Shown here: piece by piece, positions 49,764 through 59,112 of the stretch
Position numbering within the stretch: the stretch's first letter is position 1
Layout of the letters: every line of letters starts with the position of its first letter
Source of the DNA: an uncultured Candidatus Saccharibacteria bacterium
GTDB taxonomy: Bacteria > Patescibacteriota > Minisyncoccia > Phycocordibacterales > UBA12088
Assembly (NCBI GenBank): GCA_964635195.1
Contig: CAZWNC010000002.1
Coordinates: 3,444 to 67,443, forward strand
DNA length: 64,000 nt
Direction: 5' to 3'
Program-made: the position numbers and the translations under genes
Notes under the pieces: model-generated
Told to the model about the DNA's origin: nothing
What the model saw: the letters and a program-made list of their open reading frames with translations, nothing else
The model's database searches: none

Positions 49764-51115
49764 ACACGTCTTCGCGAGGAAAGTTGTATCGAACCCCCTT
49801 CAGTAGTTGTCGCTTGTGGTCTACGAGGAACCGTGCCAAGTTGGACCGCCTTACCTTTCGTGACAACATCTTCACTCACCCGAGAAAGTCGAGGAATAGA
49901 TGGTGCATGCGTACTAAGGAGTACAGCGTCAGAGTTTTGTGCCACCGATCGTGATACCCTTGCTATTCGTGGTGGTGGCGGTGGTGAATGATTGTCGAGT
50001 GCGGAATGATGCTCCTCGCTCACAGTCACTACAGCGTGCATGGGACGAGCAACTGCGCGCATATGGACGATGTACGTGCCAATAATCGCGAGGACAAGCA
50101 CGCCACCCAGGGAGACGAGTATCTCTTTCCATGGGAATATCCAAAAGTAGACAGTGTCCTGCACACTCGCAAGCTGATCCTCGCCGTACTCGAGATCCAA
50201 GAACGCTTTATATTTCCCGAAACGACCGCTTGCAGTCCATGCGGCCGCAAGTTCTCGCCTACTCTCGGGAGTAATCTCTTCACCGTCTGCGTTGAGCGGT
50301 ACACTACCCACTTCTTCACCACGACGATTGAAAATTCGAATCGATCCTCTAGGTTGCACCAGCCTGTTACCGACGTTCTCCAGCATGTATGAGAAGTTGA
50401 CCACATCACTCACAACAATCGGATCCTCGGACATGAAACCGCCAAGCTGCAGTCGTTCATTGGCATCATCTTCAACTTCAAGGTTCAAAATGAGCTCCGC
50501 AACCGCTTGTGCTGCTTCAGCCTTGGCGCGGTTTTGACCCTGGTGAAAAGAAATGCGCGCAAAGTATGCCGCGGGTTTTGCACTCAAATTGACGTGAACA
50601 AGATACGGCACCTTTCTGCTTTCGCCGGCCTCAAGCTCAATAACACCGCGTGTTATTTCGACCCAATTCGCAAGTGAGGTCGAAAGATCCGCTTCAAGCG
50701 GGCTCACGGCGATTTGGTCACCCGACATCGGATCGATATTGCTCACCGTAATGTACACACTTACGTGTTGTTCGGTATTGTTCGTAAGGAGTAGTTCTTT
50801 CTTGATAATATCACGCGGTTTCGCTTTTTCATTTGCAACCACCGGGAGCACGGTCACACCTTCAGCCTTTTGAGCTGGTTCTTCTTGCGCACCGACTTCC
50901 GTTTTTACGACATCAGGCAGATCGCCGCCTTCCATACGTGGTTCCACGACTGCGTCACCCTCCTCAGAAACTACACCTTCTTCATCAGACACAATCGAGG
51001 GAGCGTCCGATTCTTCAACTTGCGCGTAGAGCGGCATACACAACACACTTGGAGCGATTACAACGCCAAAAAACAAAGCCACGCTAACGGCTATCCGCAA
51101 CGAGTTGGTATGCAT
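49760..51115 (-). CDS. DUF916/WxL-interacting-like membrane protein (paralogue 3)
   Basis: Signal peptide, acidic linker; LANWV, VPYLVHV, LENVGNRLVQPRG, FGKYKA...EYG, FWIFPWKE then TM; start at ATG 51115, 6 nt after TACAAT. Confidence 0.8.
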   Translation of the reverse strand: MHTNSLRIAVSVALFFGVVIAPSVLCMPLYAQVEESDAPSIVSDEEGVVSEEGDAVVEPRMEGGDLPDVVKTEVGAQEEPAQKAEGVTVLPVVANEKAKPRDIIKKELLLTNNTEQHVSVYITVSNIDPMSGDQIAVSPLEADLSTSLANWVEITRGVIELEAGESRKVPYLVHVNLSAKPAAYFARISFHQGQNRAKAEAAQAVAELILNLEVEDDANERLQLGGFMSEDPIVVSDVVNFSYMLENVGNRLVQPRGSIRIFNRRGEEVGSVPLNADGEEITPESRRELAAAWTASGRFGKYKAFLDLEYGEDQLASVQDTVYFWIFPWKEILVSLGGVLVLAIIGTYIVHMRAVARPMHAVVTVSEEHHSALDNHSPPPPPRIARVSRSVAQNSDAVLLSTHAPSIPRLSRVSEDVVTKGKAVQLGTVPRRPQATTTEGGSIQLSSRRRV

Positions 51116-51176
51116 ATCTCCATTGTAGCGCACTCCCGGGACTCGCGTGAGTAAACGATACCGCGAGGTGGGGATA

Positions 51177-51731
51177 TCACAACACAAAGAGCATGTACGC
51201 TCCCGTAAGTACCGGGAGGAAGAAATTATCTGAACCTCGATGTGCCACCGCTTCAACGACTGCAAGCAGTACACCTCCCAGTAGGGCCATCGGTACATCA
51301 ATGCCGAAGAGCCACAGCAGTGCTGCCGAAATGAAAAACGCAGCGCAGGACCCCTCCCATGTTCTCAATTCACCCAACACTCGATATTCGTGTATCCCCC
51401 AGAGCCCCCCAACGAGTGCAGCACCCGTGTCCGCACAGCCAAGCACAAGCATAGCGGCCAAAAAGGCATGCTGCTGCTCAGGAACATATAGAAATACACT
51501 TACCCCAACGCCCAAGGCGAAGTAGAGGTCACCCGCACTTCGCGCATGCACCATGCGCAAGCGTTCGAACGAGTGCATACTTCGCGCAACGAGAAAACTG
51601 ATGAAAAGCACCCCTGCCGCTGCCGCAAGCGGGTACCGGAGGTCGAGCCCGTGCGTAGCACCATAGTACGACACTCCCGCGAAAGCGAGGGCCAAGACAA
51701 AGTGAATGAACTTGCGAAGACTTTTCACCAT
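51177..51731 (-). CDS. Polyprenol (dolichol/phytol) kinase-like membrane protein, CTP_transf_1 superfamily
   Basis: RKFIH at N-terminus, LGCADTGAALVG, RTWEGS, GSDNFFLP motifs. Confidence 0.8.
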   Translation of the reverse strand: MVKSLRKFIHFVLALAFAGVSYYGATHGLDLRYPLAAAAGVLFISFLVARSMHSFERLRMVHARSAGDLYFALGVGVSVFLYVPEQQHAFLAAMLVLGCADTGAALVGGLWGIHEYRVLGELRTWEGSCAAFFISAALLWLFGIDVPMALLGGVLLAVVEAVAHRGSDNFFLPVLTGAYMLFVL

Positions 51732-51767
51732 ACATACACAGTTCGTACGCAAAACGAGCCGCAACAC

Positions 51768-53153
51768 CTATCGTACCTGCTCTTCTTCCAGGAGTCGAAC
51801 CAACAACCGAACAGGAGCTCCCGCGGCACCATCGGCAAGATGATCACTCTTGTCACTGGTCATCCGGGGCGCCATGTCAATATGCACCCACGGCCTTTCC
51901 ACGAACTCCGCCAGAAACATCCCACCCCCGATGGTACCCGCATAGCGTGCATTTCCAATCGGCACGTTCGCAATATCCCCAAAACGACCCTTGATCATCT
52001 CCTTGTACTCGTCCCACAACGGTAATGGCCAACAATAATCGCCACTTGTCTCGCCGAGCGTATGAAAACGCCACGAAAGCTCATCATCTTTACTCATAAC
52101 CGCACTCGCTTTCGTACCGAACGTCACAAGCGCCGCTCCGGTAAGCGTGGCAACGTCGACAATGAGTGACGGCTTGTACCGCTTCGCATAGGTGAGCGCA
52201 TCGGCGAGCAGCACCCTGCCTTCCGCGTCGGTGTTCAAAATATCGATCGTTTTCCCACTCATACTAGTCAGTACGTCGCCCGGACGGTAACTTTCGTGCC
52301 CTATCGCATTTTCGGCTGCGGGAACGAGTGCGATTGCATTTACCTGTAACCCAAGGCGCGCAGCCGCAATGACAGCGTGTGCCACCGCCGCTCCCCCCGA
52401 CATGTCGAGGTGCATATCAAGCATGGAGTCTGCGAGTTTCAGTGAAAGTCCGCCCGTATCGAATGTCACACCCTTACCGACAAGTACCACCGGTGCAACA
52501 CTCTTTCCGGCCCCGTAGTACTCGACAATGATGAACCGTGGCGCCTCCTTTGCACCTCGTCCCACACCGAGAATAGCACCCATTTTAAGACGTTTCATCT
52601 CCGCAACACCCAATACCCGCACGACTGCCTTTGTTCCCTGTGCACTCTTTTTGATTCGTTGTGCAAGAAGGGCCGGTGTCATGTCTCCACCGGGCATATT
52701 GGCGAGGTCTCGAGCCGCGTTTGTTTCCTCGGCGACCACCTCGCCAAAACGTAACGCATGCTTTTCCTCCTTGGTGAATACCCCAACAAGTGCAAGCTCG
52801 TCAAGAAAAGGTCGGTCACCCACATTTTTATCTTTTTTATACGCAACGAACTCGTAGTTCGCCATGTGCGCGTTTTCACCAAAAAGGCGGAGCATATCCG
52901 CTCGCTCGCAGGGTACATCAGGCAACAATGCAACATCGACCGCAATACGGTGCATTTTTCTCTCTCGCGCCTCGGCTACCATCCGTCGCATGAGCCCCAT
53001 GGTTCTACGTCGCGTGAGCGGTGTGTTACTCTCTACCCCGAGAGAAAGATAGATCTTGCCATCACGTTCGATACGCGAAGTACCGGTGGAGGCGGTATCA
53101 AATATGATCTGAGTGATGTTTTCGGGACACGCGTCGTGCAAAGTAATCTTCAT
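51768..53153 (-). CDS. pepA: Leucyl aminopeptidase (M17)
   Basis: VGKGVTFDTGGLSLK, DMSGGA, NTDAEGR, DVATLTGA, WVHIDMA. Confidence 0.96.
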   Translation of the reverse strand: MKITLHDACPENITQIIFDTASTGTSRIERDGKIYLSLGVESNTPLTRRRTMGLMRRMVAEARERKMHRIAVDVALLPDVPCERADMLRLFGENAHMANYEFVAYKKDKNVGDRPFLDELALVGVFTKEEKHALRFGEVVAEETNAARDLANMPGGDMTPALLAQRIKKSAQGTKAVVRVLGVAEMKRLKMGAILGVGRGAKEAPRFIIVEYYGAGKSVAPVVLVGKGVTFDTGGLSLKLADSMLDMHLDMSGGAAVAHAVIAAARLGLQVNAIALVPAAENAIGHESYRPGDVLTSMSGKTIDILNTDAEGRVLLADALTYAKRYKPSLIVDVATLTGAALVTFGTKASAVMSKDDELSWRFHTLGETSGDYCWPLPLWDEYKEMIKGRFGDIANVPIGNARYAGTIGGGMFLAEFVERPWVHIDMAPRMTSDKSDHLADGAAGAPVRLLVRLLEEEQVR

Positions 53154-53258
53154 ACCGAACAAGTATACGTCAGATCACTAAAACGAGCCACTTCATTCTC
53201 GGGATTCGTATACGCAATCCGTCATTCGAACCCCGGATACGGTAAAAAGACCCTCGAA

Positions 53259-54569
53259 CTATTGTTTTCCCTCGGAACGTACGTACTGAGTGACGCATGC
53301 AGCAATGGTCGCAAGCATGTCCTTGAACGTAGGCATATCCGGTTCAAGAAGTGTGAGTCGAAAACCATTGCGGTGACTATTCATGCCCGAAAGCGGCACC
53401 ACTGTGATACCGGTCGCACCCATCAGGTAGTACACGAAGCGCTTATCCTTAGCAACCTGCTGGGTCAGTGCCTCAATGCGTGCACGGACTGCAGAGTCGG
53501 CGATAGGTAATGTTTGCCCATTGGTCAAAACACCTTCCTGAAAAACCACCGACGCATAGAATGCTCCTTGCGGCTTGTTGACAATGAGGCCTGGCACCGC
53601 TTTAAAAGCCTCGGCAAAAAGATCGGCCTTTCTTCCGAATTCTAGAGCGATCTCACGAAGATGCGGCTGGTACCGAGCATCACTCATAATCCGAGGCAAC
53701 GCTTTTTGCGGGAGTGTGGTCGAACAGACCTCGAGCATCTTTGCGAGTACCAATGATTTAATATAGCGATCAAAGACCGGGTCGTTTTCTCTATTGTAGA
53801 CCTCTATCCACCCACACCGTGCACCCGGCCACGGCACTTCTTTGGAAAGTCCCTTGAATGCGATACCGGGAACAGTGCCGACGACCTGAGAAAGCGGCAC
53901 CATCGCTCCACCATAGACGATGTTACTGTATATCTCATCGCTCATGACAAAAAGATCATACCGTCGTGCGATATCGACCATACCAGCAAGTGTGTCGCGG
54001 GTATACACCGTACCGGTCGGATTGTCCGGATTGATGATCAGTATGCCACCTATCTCTGGATTGTACTTAACCTTATTCTCGATATCCGCAAGATCGGGCT
54101 GCCAGTGTCGTTCGGGCACAAGATCGTACGTCAAATGTCGTGCATCCGCATGTGCACCCTCCGCTGAAGAGTACGTCGGGTAGGCCGGATCCGGCCCAAG
54201 TATGCGACACCGGGGGTGCAAGTACAAAAAGGAAGTCTGTATCGCATCACCAAGGCCGTTGAAAAAAAGGATGTCGTCCGGGGTGATAGCAGCACCACCT
54301 TCCACATTGCGCATAGTGGCAATAAACTCTCGGGTTGTGAGTATGCCACGCGTTGGCGAGTAACCATACGAAGAATCATCGTGCTGAACCAAGTCCGCCA
54401 CGATATCTTTTATCCAGGGTGGTATTGTACGCCCTTTTGCGATCGGATCACCAATGTTTTCCCAGTATATAGGGACACCCATCCGCTTGAGCTCTTCACC
54501 TACCGCAACAATTTCACGAATCTCATAGGTGAGCTCGTCGGCACCCGGGTGTACGATGTCGTTTCGCAT
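53259..54569 (-). CDS. PLP-dependent class I aminotransferase (AlaA/AspC-like)
   Basis: LTYEIREIV, ENIGDP, INPDNPTG, SDEIY, GLSKEVPWPGARCGW. Confidence 0.92.
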   Translation of the reverse strand: MRNDIVHPGADELTYEIREIVAVGEELKRMGVPIYWENIGDPIAKGRTIPPWIKDIVADLVQHDDSSYGYSPTRGILTTREFIATMRNVEGGAAITPDDILFFNGLGDAIQTSFLYLHPRCRILGPDPAYPTYSSAEGAHADARHLTYDLVPERHWQPDLADIENKVKYNPEIGGILIINPDNPTGTVYTRDTLAGMVDIARRYDLFVMSDEIYSNIVYGGAMVPLSQVVGTVPGIAFKGLSKEVPWPGARCGWIEVYNRENDPVFDRYIKSLVLAKMLEVCSTTLPQKALPRIMSDARYQPHLREIALEFGRKADLFAEAFKAVPGLIVNKPQGAFYASVVFQEGVLTNGQTLPIADSAVRARIEALTQQVAKDKRFVYYLMGATGITVVPLSGMNSHRNGFRLTLLEPDMPTFKDMLATIAACVTQYVRSEGKQ

Positions 54570-54611
54570 ACCTACAAAATACTCCCGAATGCATGTAAAC
54601 GCAAAAAACTA

Positions 54612-54941
54612 TCACCCAGCCACTTCGGTATGCACCTCCTCGTACACCCTGCGCAGAGTAGCCGCCTCCTCGTTCACAAACCGATCGAAATCGGGAACGT
54701 GCTCTGCGAGAAATGAAAAAATAGCTTCCTGTTTCTCGGTACTTTCGGAATCTTCAGTACTCGCCTCAAAAAGGCCAAGCAACTTGTCCTGAGCGGTATA
54801 GTCAAGGGTATACCACACTCGCTGGATGACGCGAGAAAAGAGATGCTCACCTGTTTCCGCCAGGAGTTCTTCCCGTTCATCAACCGGAAGCGCGTCAAGG
54901 TTTATTTGCGAGCTTGGATTGAGCGAATCATGTTGTTCCAT
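54612..54941 (-). CDS. Small acidic helical hypothetical protein
   Basis: 109-aa ORF, co-oriented between the aminotransferase and the 1349-aa gene. Confidence 0.7.
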   Translation of the reverse strand: MEQHDSLNPSSQINLDALPVDEREELLAETGEHLFSRVIQRVWYTLDYTAQDKLLGLFEASTEDSESTEKQEAIFSFLAEHVPDFDRFVNEEAATLRRVYEEVHTEVAG

Positions 54942-54961
54942 ACCTTCAATATTCTAAACTC

Positions 54962-57900
54962 TTAATGCTTTGTCTGCAGCGCCGCAATGTCACTCATCAA
55001 CTCACCCAGTGTTTCTCCACTCTTTGCCGCACGATCGATACAGTTTCCAATATCGACCCTTAGCTGTCCTTGCTCAGCAAATTGCACACGACTCAAGATG
55101 TCCTTCAGCACCTCCTCTGTATGTGAGGAAAAATTGATGGCGATTCCTCCGAGGTCGTACTGCAAACCCGGTGTCGGATCATACAGATCACCAACTTTGA
55201 GAAACGCAAGTGGTTCCCAGCTGTCTTTCAGGACCTGCGGAAGCGTTTCGGGCATCTCAGCTACTATCTTCGGGTTCTCAAATACGACCGACTGGAATGC
55301 CCCTTTTGTCAATTCAGGTAGTGAACCATCACGAGGAAATTCGCCTCCCGAATCAAGTAGGTGATCGACTTTTGCATCAAATCCCGCAAGCTCGCTTGTA
55401 ACCTGGTTTACGTAGGGAAAGTCTCCCCATGCGACCGTCTGTTGGTAGCGGTTCTTAAACGCTTCCACCTGGTCGACCTGTATGGGGCCGTCCGAGCTTT
55501 CCGGTACTTGTTGTGTACGTGGAGTGTCTTCACTTCCCTGTTGCGCAGTATGCGGCTCTTGCGTGTCACCGGTAGCCGGTGACGGTTCGTGTCCTTCTAC
55601 AGTATTCGGCGCATGGGTGGGAGCGCCTCCTTGCACACCACCGCTAGCCACAGACTCCTCGAGACCGTACTTTGCAGCATACTCATCGGGTACGGCAATA
55701 GTAAGGTGTGCGCCCGCGCGTATGTTATCGACATTCATTATCTCTTTACCATCCACGGTCGCCACGTGCGAATCGTTTTCCATACGTTCCAGAAGCACAC
55801 GTTGCGCCTCGGGAAGCTGCTCTGCGGAGACCCCCTCATTGGTAAGGTGCTCGCCAACGATACCTGAAAGTGTCACTCCTTCCGGTATGGTGAGCGACAC
55901 ATCGGCAGTGGCCGACAAAGGTGGACGCACCAGCGCATAGATTCGCTGCATGTGATCATCGGGAATGGAGAAATCAAATGCTTCCTTCGCGTATATTCTG
56001 TTCACGTCACCACCTTTCACCACACTATGGTCTTTTACATACTCGAGCATGTTCCCCACCACACGCATTTGCTCTCCTTTACTCAACTCTTTGTACCATG
56101 CGGTATCCTCCACAGATCGACGGAGCACACCCCACACTGTATCGCCTCGTGCAAATGTTCCCTCCGTGTGCACACCGGACACAAGATGCTCGGGGCTCAC
56201 AGGTGTGTCGGGCAACTGTTCTGCGGCATCAGGAGCAGTATCCACTGTCACAACGTCTTCATGGGGAGTGTCAGGTACTGTCAAGTCAGTATCCTGCCCA
56301 AACTTCACACGTGCTGCAGTGAGTCGTGCCTCCTCCATGTCCTTCGCATTGTTAGCAGACGCTTGCCCCTTCGCAAGCTCATCAGAGCTTGGTGTCTGGT
56401 CGATTGTAGGGATCGGCTCATGCGGGACTTCTCTCACAGTGGGTGCTGTATCTTTCGCGTCAATATCGCTCAATGGGTCTGGCAGCAATGTCGACAGCGG
56501 TTCCGGTATGACACCGACCTCAAAGGTCGGTGTGGAATCTGAAACAGGGGTTTGCAACACCTCGTCAATGAGTTGCTGAATATCGAGGGAATCCAACGAC
56601 TCATCCGGTGGTAGCACAACGGGTACTCCTTGCTCCGTGACCGACACCACGTCAGGCACAGCGGCCTCCTCCAGCACCGCAGTTCCAGTTGAAGCGCTCG
56701 GTGGCGTAGGTAGACCCTCCTCTCCAGGAAGTCCGATATGTTTATTGAAATCTTCCACAACCCCGAGAACACCCGGTGACACTTGTGGTAGGGGTGGGGT
56801 TTCTGCTACTGAAGAAACTCCATCAATTACGTCAACGCCGGCATCTAAGCCGGACTGGACAGCACTTGCAGCACCCGCACCCGTGGCATACGCTACCGCT
56901 CCCACAGCACCGATGGCAGCAACAGTCGTCGCGCCTTTTTTTACTCTTTCTGTTCGCTCAATCTTGTCAAGATCATTACGAAGCACTGATAGACGCATAG
57001 TGCCCGCCTCACCGGTAAGCCCCTCGAGCGCGAGATTTGTTTTTTGCTCAGTATCCTTTTTGATAACCTCATGTATCTTGGGTACCACTTTTCCAAACAC
57101 ACCTCCGGCTACGGCACTCGAAACACCCGTTGCAACAAGTTTTCGTCCTGCACCAATACCGCCCGCCGCAAGAATTGAAAGTGCCCCACCTCCTGCAAAC
57201 AGCGCAACCCCACCTGCAAGTGCCGCGCCGATTGCTACTTTTTGGGTAAGTGTTCTGCCTCCAAACCACTTACCGACTTTCGCCAAACGTGCGAGCGTAG
57301 GGTTTTCTTTCCCGCCCGTAGTTTCTTTGGCAGACTCGATTGCTTTTCTGTCCTCCATGGTCGTGAGGTACGCCGTAGCTATATAAAAAGCCTCCATTTT
57401 GGTTTCATCCAAAACACCTCCTCCTGAATCACGCTTCTTTGCACGCGATTCTACGAGAGCCTTGAGTGCACTCTTGCGCGCTTCAATGAGGTTCGCAGAC
57501 GTATCCAAGTACGTGTCATATTCCCGGAGCGCTTTCGTATATACCTCATCCTTTTGGTCAGGCTTCACCGTTTTAAGGAATTTGCTAAACATACCGCTCT
57601 GTGCACGATCTTCTGTACGTTCTTTGAGTTTTTCGAGAAAATGAACACGAGCGTGCGCTAGACGTTCCTTATTCTCAATATATGCAACGCGAGCCTGATG
57701 ATACCCCTCCAAAGATGCATCGGCCTCGCCCTTCTTAACAAGCTCCTGCACAACCGCAAGCTTCGCAACCGCCTTTGTTAGTGGTGCACTCTTCTCTTCC
57801 TCAATTTCCGCCACTTTTTCAGTGGGTGTACCTGCTTCAAGACTTCTGTCGAGTTGCGGCTTCTTGTAGTACATGTCGCGGACCTCCTGAAGCGCTATAC

Positions 57901-59011
57901 CCCGCAACTCGGCACGATGTGCCGTAAGCATATTTTTCTTCGCGTCACTCGGCACACCTTCATCCTTTTGCATCGCTTTTAACTGCCTCCGAACCTCCAC
58001 CCTGCGCTCCCCCAACTCCGTCCGAGGAGCGTTTTTCACCTGCAGAACATCCGCAGATTCGGGTGTGTGCACTGTGTCGGAACCCTGTTGCAACGAAGCC
58101 AAAATCTCTACCTCATTGCTTGTTTTACGTACATCGACATGCTGATGCTGTGTTACTTCAGAGGGGGTCATCTCCACCGCAGAAGCGACAGTCCCATGGC
58201 CCTGCGTGATTGACAATAAAGCACCTGACTCAGGTATGGACTGTTCCGCAAGGAGAAACTTTTCCCAGTTTTTCTGCGCTTCCGTGGTTCGCGCTGCGGC
58301 AGGAGATGGGGCCGGTTGTGCTGTGATCCCAATCTTCTGCACTTCCAAAGGCAGCGGTGCAATAGGAGGGCAGACGGCCTGCTTGTTCGTCACCTCCTCC
58401 GAACCTAATGTGCTGTCCGGTACCGGAACTGCTTTCCGGACAGTTACCGGAATGACGACTTCCTGTTTCTTTTGCTCAACAGGCTCCGTATCCTTCGCAC
58501 CCTCTTGCGGTACGTCCATCATACCCTGCAATCGCTCTTTAATAGTACGAGGCAGACTGACCTTTTCAAGCGCAACCGCAAGCTCCTTGCGTGCCGAATT
58601 GTCTCCCTTATTCATACGTCGACATATCGCACGAAGTTCCTCCAAACTTGCGATGAGCGACTCGCGTCCCACCACTTCAGTTCCGATTGTGAGATGTTCC
58701 TTTTTTTCTTGACCGAGCAAATCACACATATTCATCAACGACAGTCGCATGTCGTCATCCAGGATAGCCGCATTCAGTGTATACACTACTTCCTCCTCCG
58801 TGAGCGCAGTAACGTTATGTTCTTGATTGTTCGAACGTCTATTGTTTTGAAACCGATTGGGGGAACCGGATAGTGTCTGAACCTTTTCCAAAGTATGTGT
58901 TTCCTGCCTCAACTGCGACTTCGCGGACTGCATGCCTTGCTCATAAGGACGGAGCTGTACTCGATGGCTATCTGGTATCGGTACTGTTTCAGTTCTTCGC
59001 CCTTTAAACAT
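54962..59011 (-). CDS. Large membrane protein: coiled coils, Gly/Ala-rich hydrophobic helices, two degenerate LysM-like modules
   Basis: 1349 aa, no signal peptide; hydrophobic VAIGAALAGGVALFAGGGALSILAAGGIGAG; FARGDTVWGV...DVNRIYA and IPEGVTLSGIV...NVDNIRAGAHLTI resemble LysM. Confidence 0.75.
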   Translation of the reverse strand: MFKGRRTETVPIPDSHRVQLRPYEQGMQSAKSQLRQETHTLEKVQTLSGSPNRFQNNRRSNNQEHNVTALTEEEVVYTLNAAILDDDMRLSLMNMCDLLGQEKKEHLTIGTEVVGRESLIASLEELRAICRRMNKGDNSARKELAVALEKVSLPRTIKERLQGMMDVPQEGAKDTEPVEQKKQEVVIPVTVRKAVPVPDSTLGSEEVTNKQAVCPPIAPLPLEVQKIGITAQPAPSPAAARTTEAQKNWEKFLLAEQSIPESGALLSITQGHGTVASAVEMTPSEVTQHQHVDVRKTSNEVEILASLQQGSDTVHTPESADVLQVKNAPRTELGERRVEVRRQLKAMQKDEGVPSDAKKNMLTAHRAELRGIALQEVRDMYYKKPQLDRSLEAGTPTEKVAEIEEEKSAPLTKAVAKLAVVQELVKKGEADASLEGYHQARVAYIENKERLAHARVHFLEKLKERTEDRAQSGMFSKFLKTVKPDQKDEVYTKALREYDTYLDTSANLIEARKSALKALVESRAKKRDSGGGVLDETKMEAFYIATAYLTTMEDRKAIESAKETTGGKENPTLARLAKVGKWFGGRTLTQKVAIGAALAGGVALFAGGGALSILAAGGIGAGRKLVATGVSSAVAGGVFGKVVPKIHEVIKKDTEQKTNLALEGLTGEAGTMRLSVLRNDLDKIERTERVKKGATTVAAIGAVGAVAYATGAGAASAVQSGLDAGVDVIDGVSSVAETPPLPQVSPGVLGVVEDFNKHIGLPGEEGLPTPPSASTGTAVLEEAAVPDVVSVTEQGVPVVLPPDESLDSLDIQQLIDEVLQTPVSDSTPTFEVGVIPEPLSTLLPDPLSDIDAKDTAPTVREVPHEPIPTIDQTPSSDELAKGQASANNAKDMEEARLTAARVKFGQDTDLTVPDTPHEDVVTVDTAPDAAEQLPDTPVSPEHLVSGVHTEGTFARGDTVWGVLRRSVEDTAWYKELSKGEQMRVVGNMLEYVKDHSVVKGGDVNRIYAKEAFDFSIPDDHMQRIYALVRPPLSATADVSLTIPEGVTLSGIVGEHLTNEGVSAEQLPEAQRVLLERMENDSHVATVDGKEIMNVDNIRAGAHLTIAVPDEYAAKYGLEESVASGGVQGGAPTHAPNTVEGHEPSPATGDTQEPHTAQQGSEDTPRTQQVPESSDGPIQVDQVEAFKNRYQQTVAWGDFPYVNQVTSELAGFDAKVDHLLDSGGEFPRDGSLPELTKGAFQSVVFENPKIVAEMPETLPQVLKDSWEPLAFLKVGDLYDPTPGLQYDLGGIAINFSSHTEEVLKDILSRVQFAEQGQLRVDIGNCIDRAAKSGETLGELMSDIAALQTKH

Positions 59012-59112
59012 ATGACATAGTGTACCGCACTACGCCCGCGAATCGCAAACAGACCCCAAACGCAAGAAATCCACGATACCCCGCAACACACCAAGCGACT
59101 TTCACCCGATTG

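Noticed and set aside
51116-51301. 5' extension of the 513-aa ORF
   Set aside because: Overlaps the polyprenol-kinase-like gene; a -10 box and signal peptide support ATG 51115.
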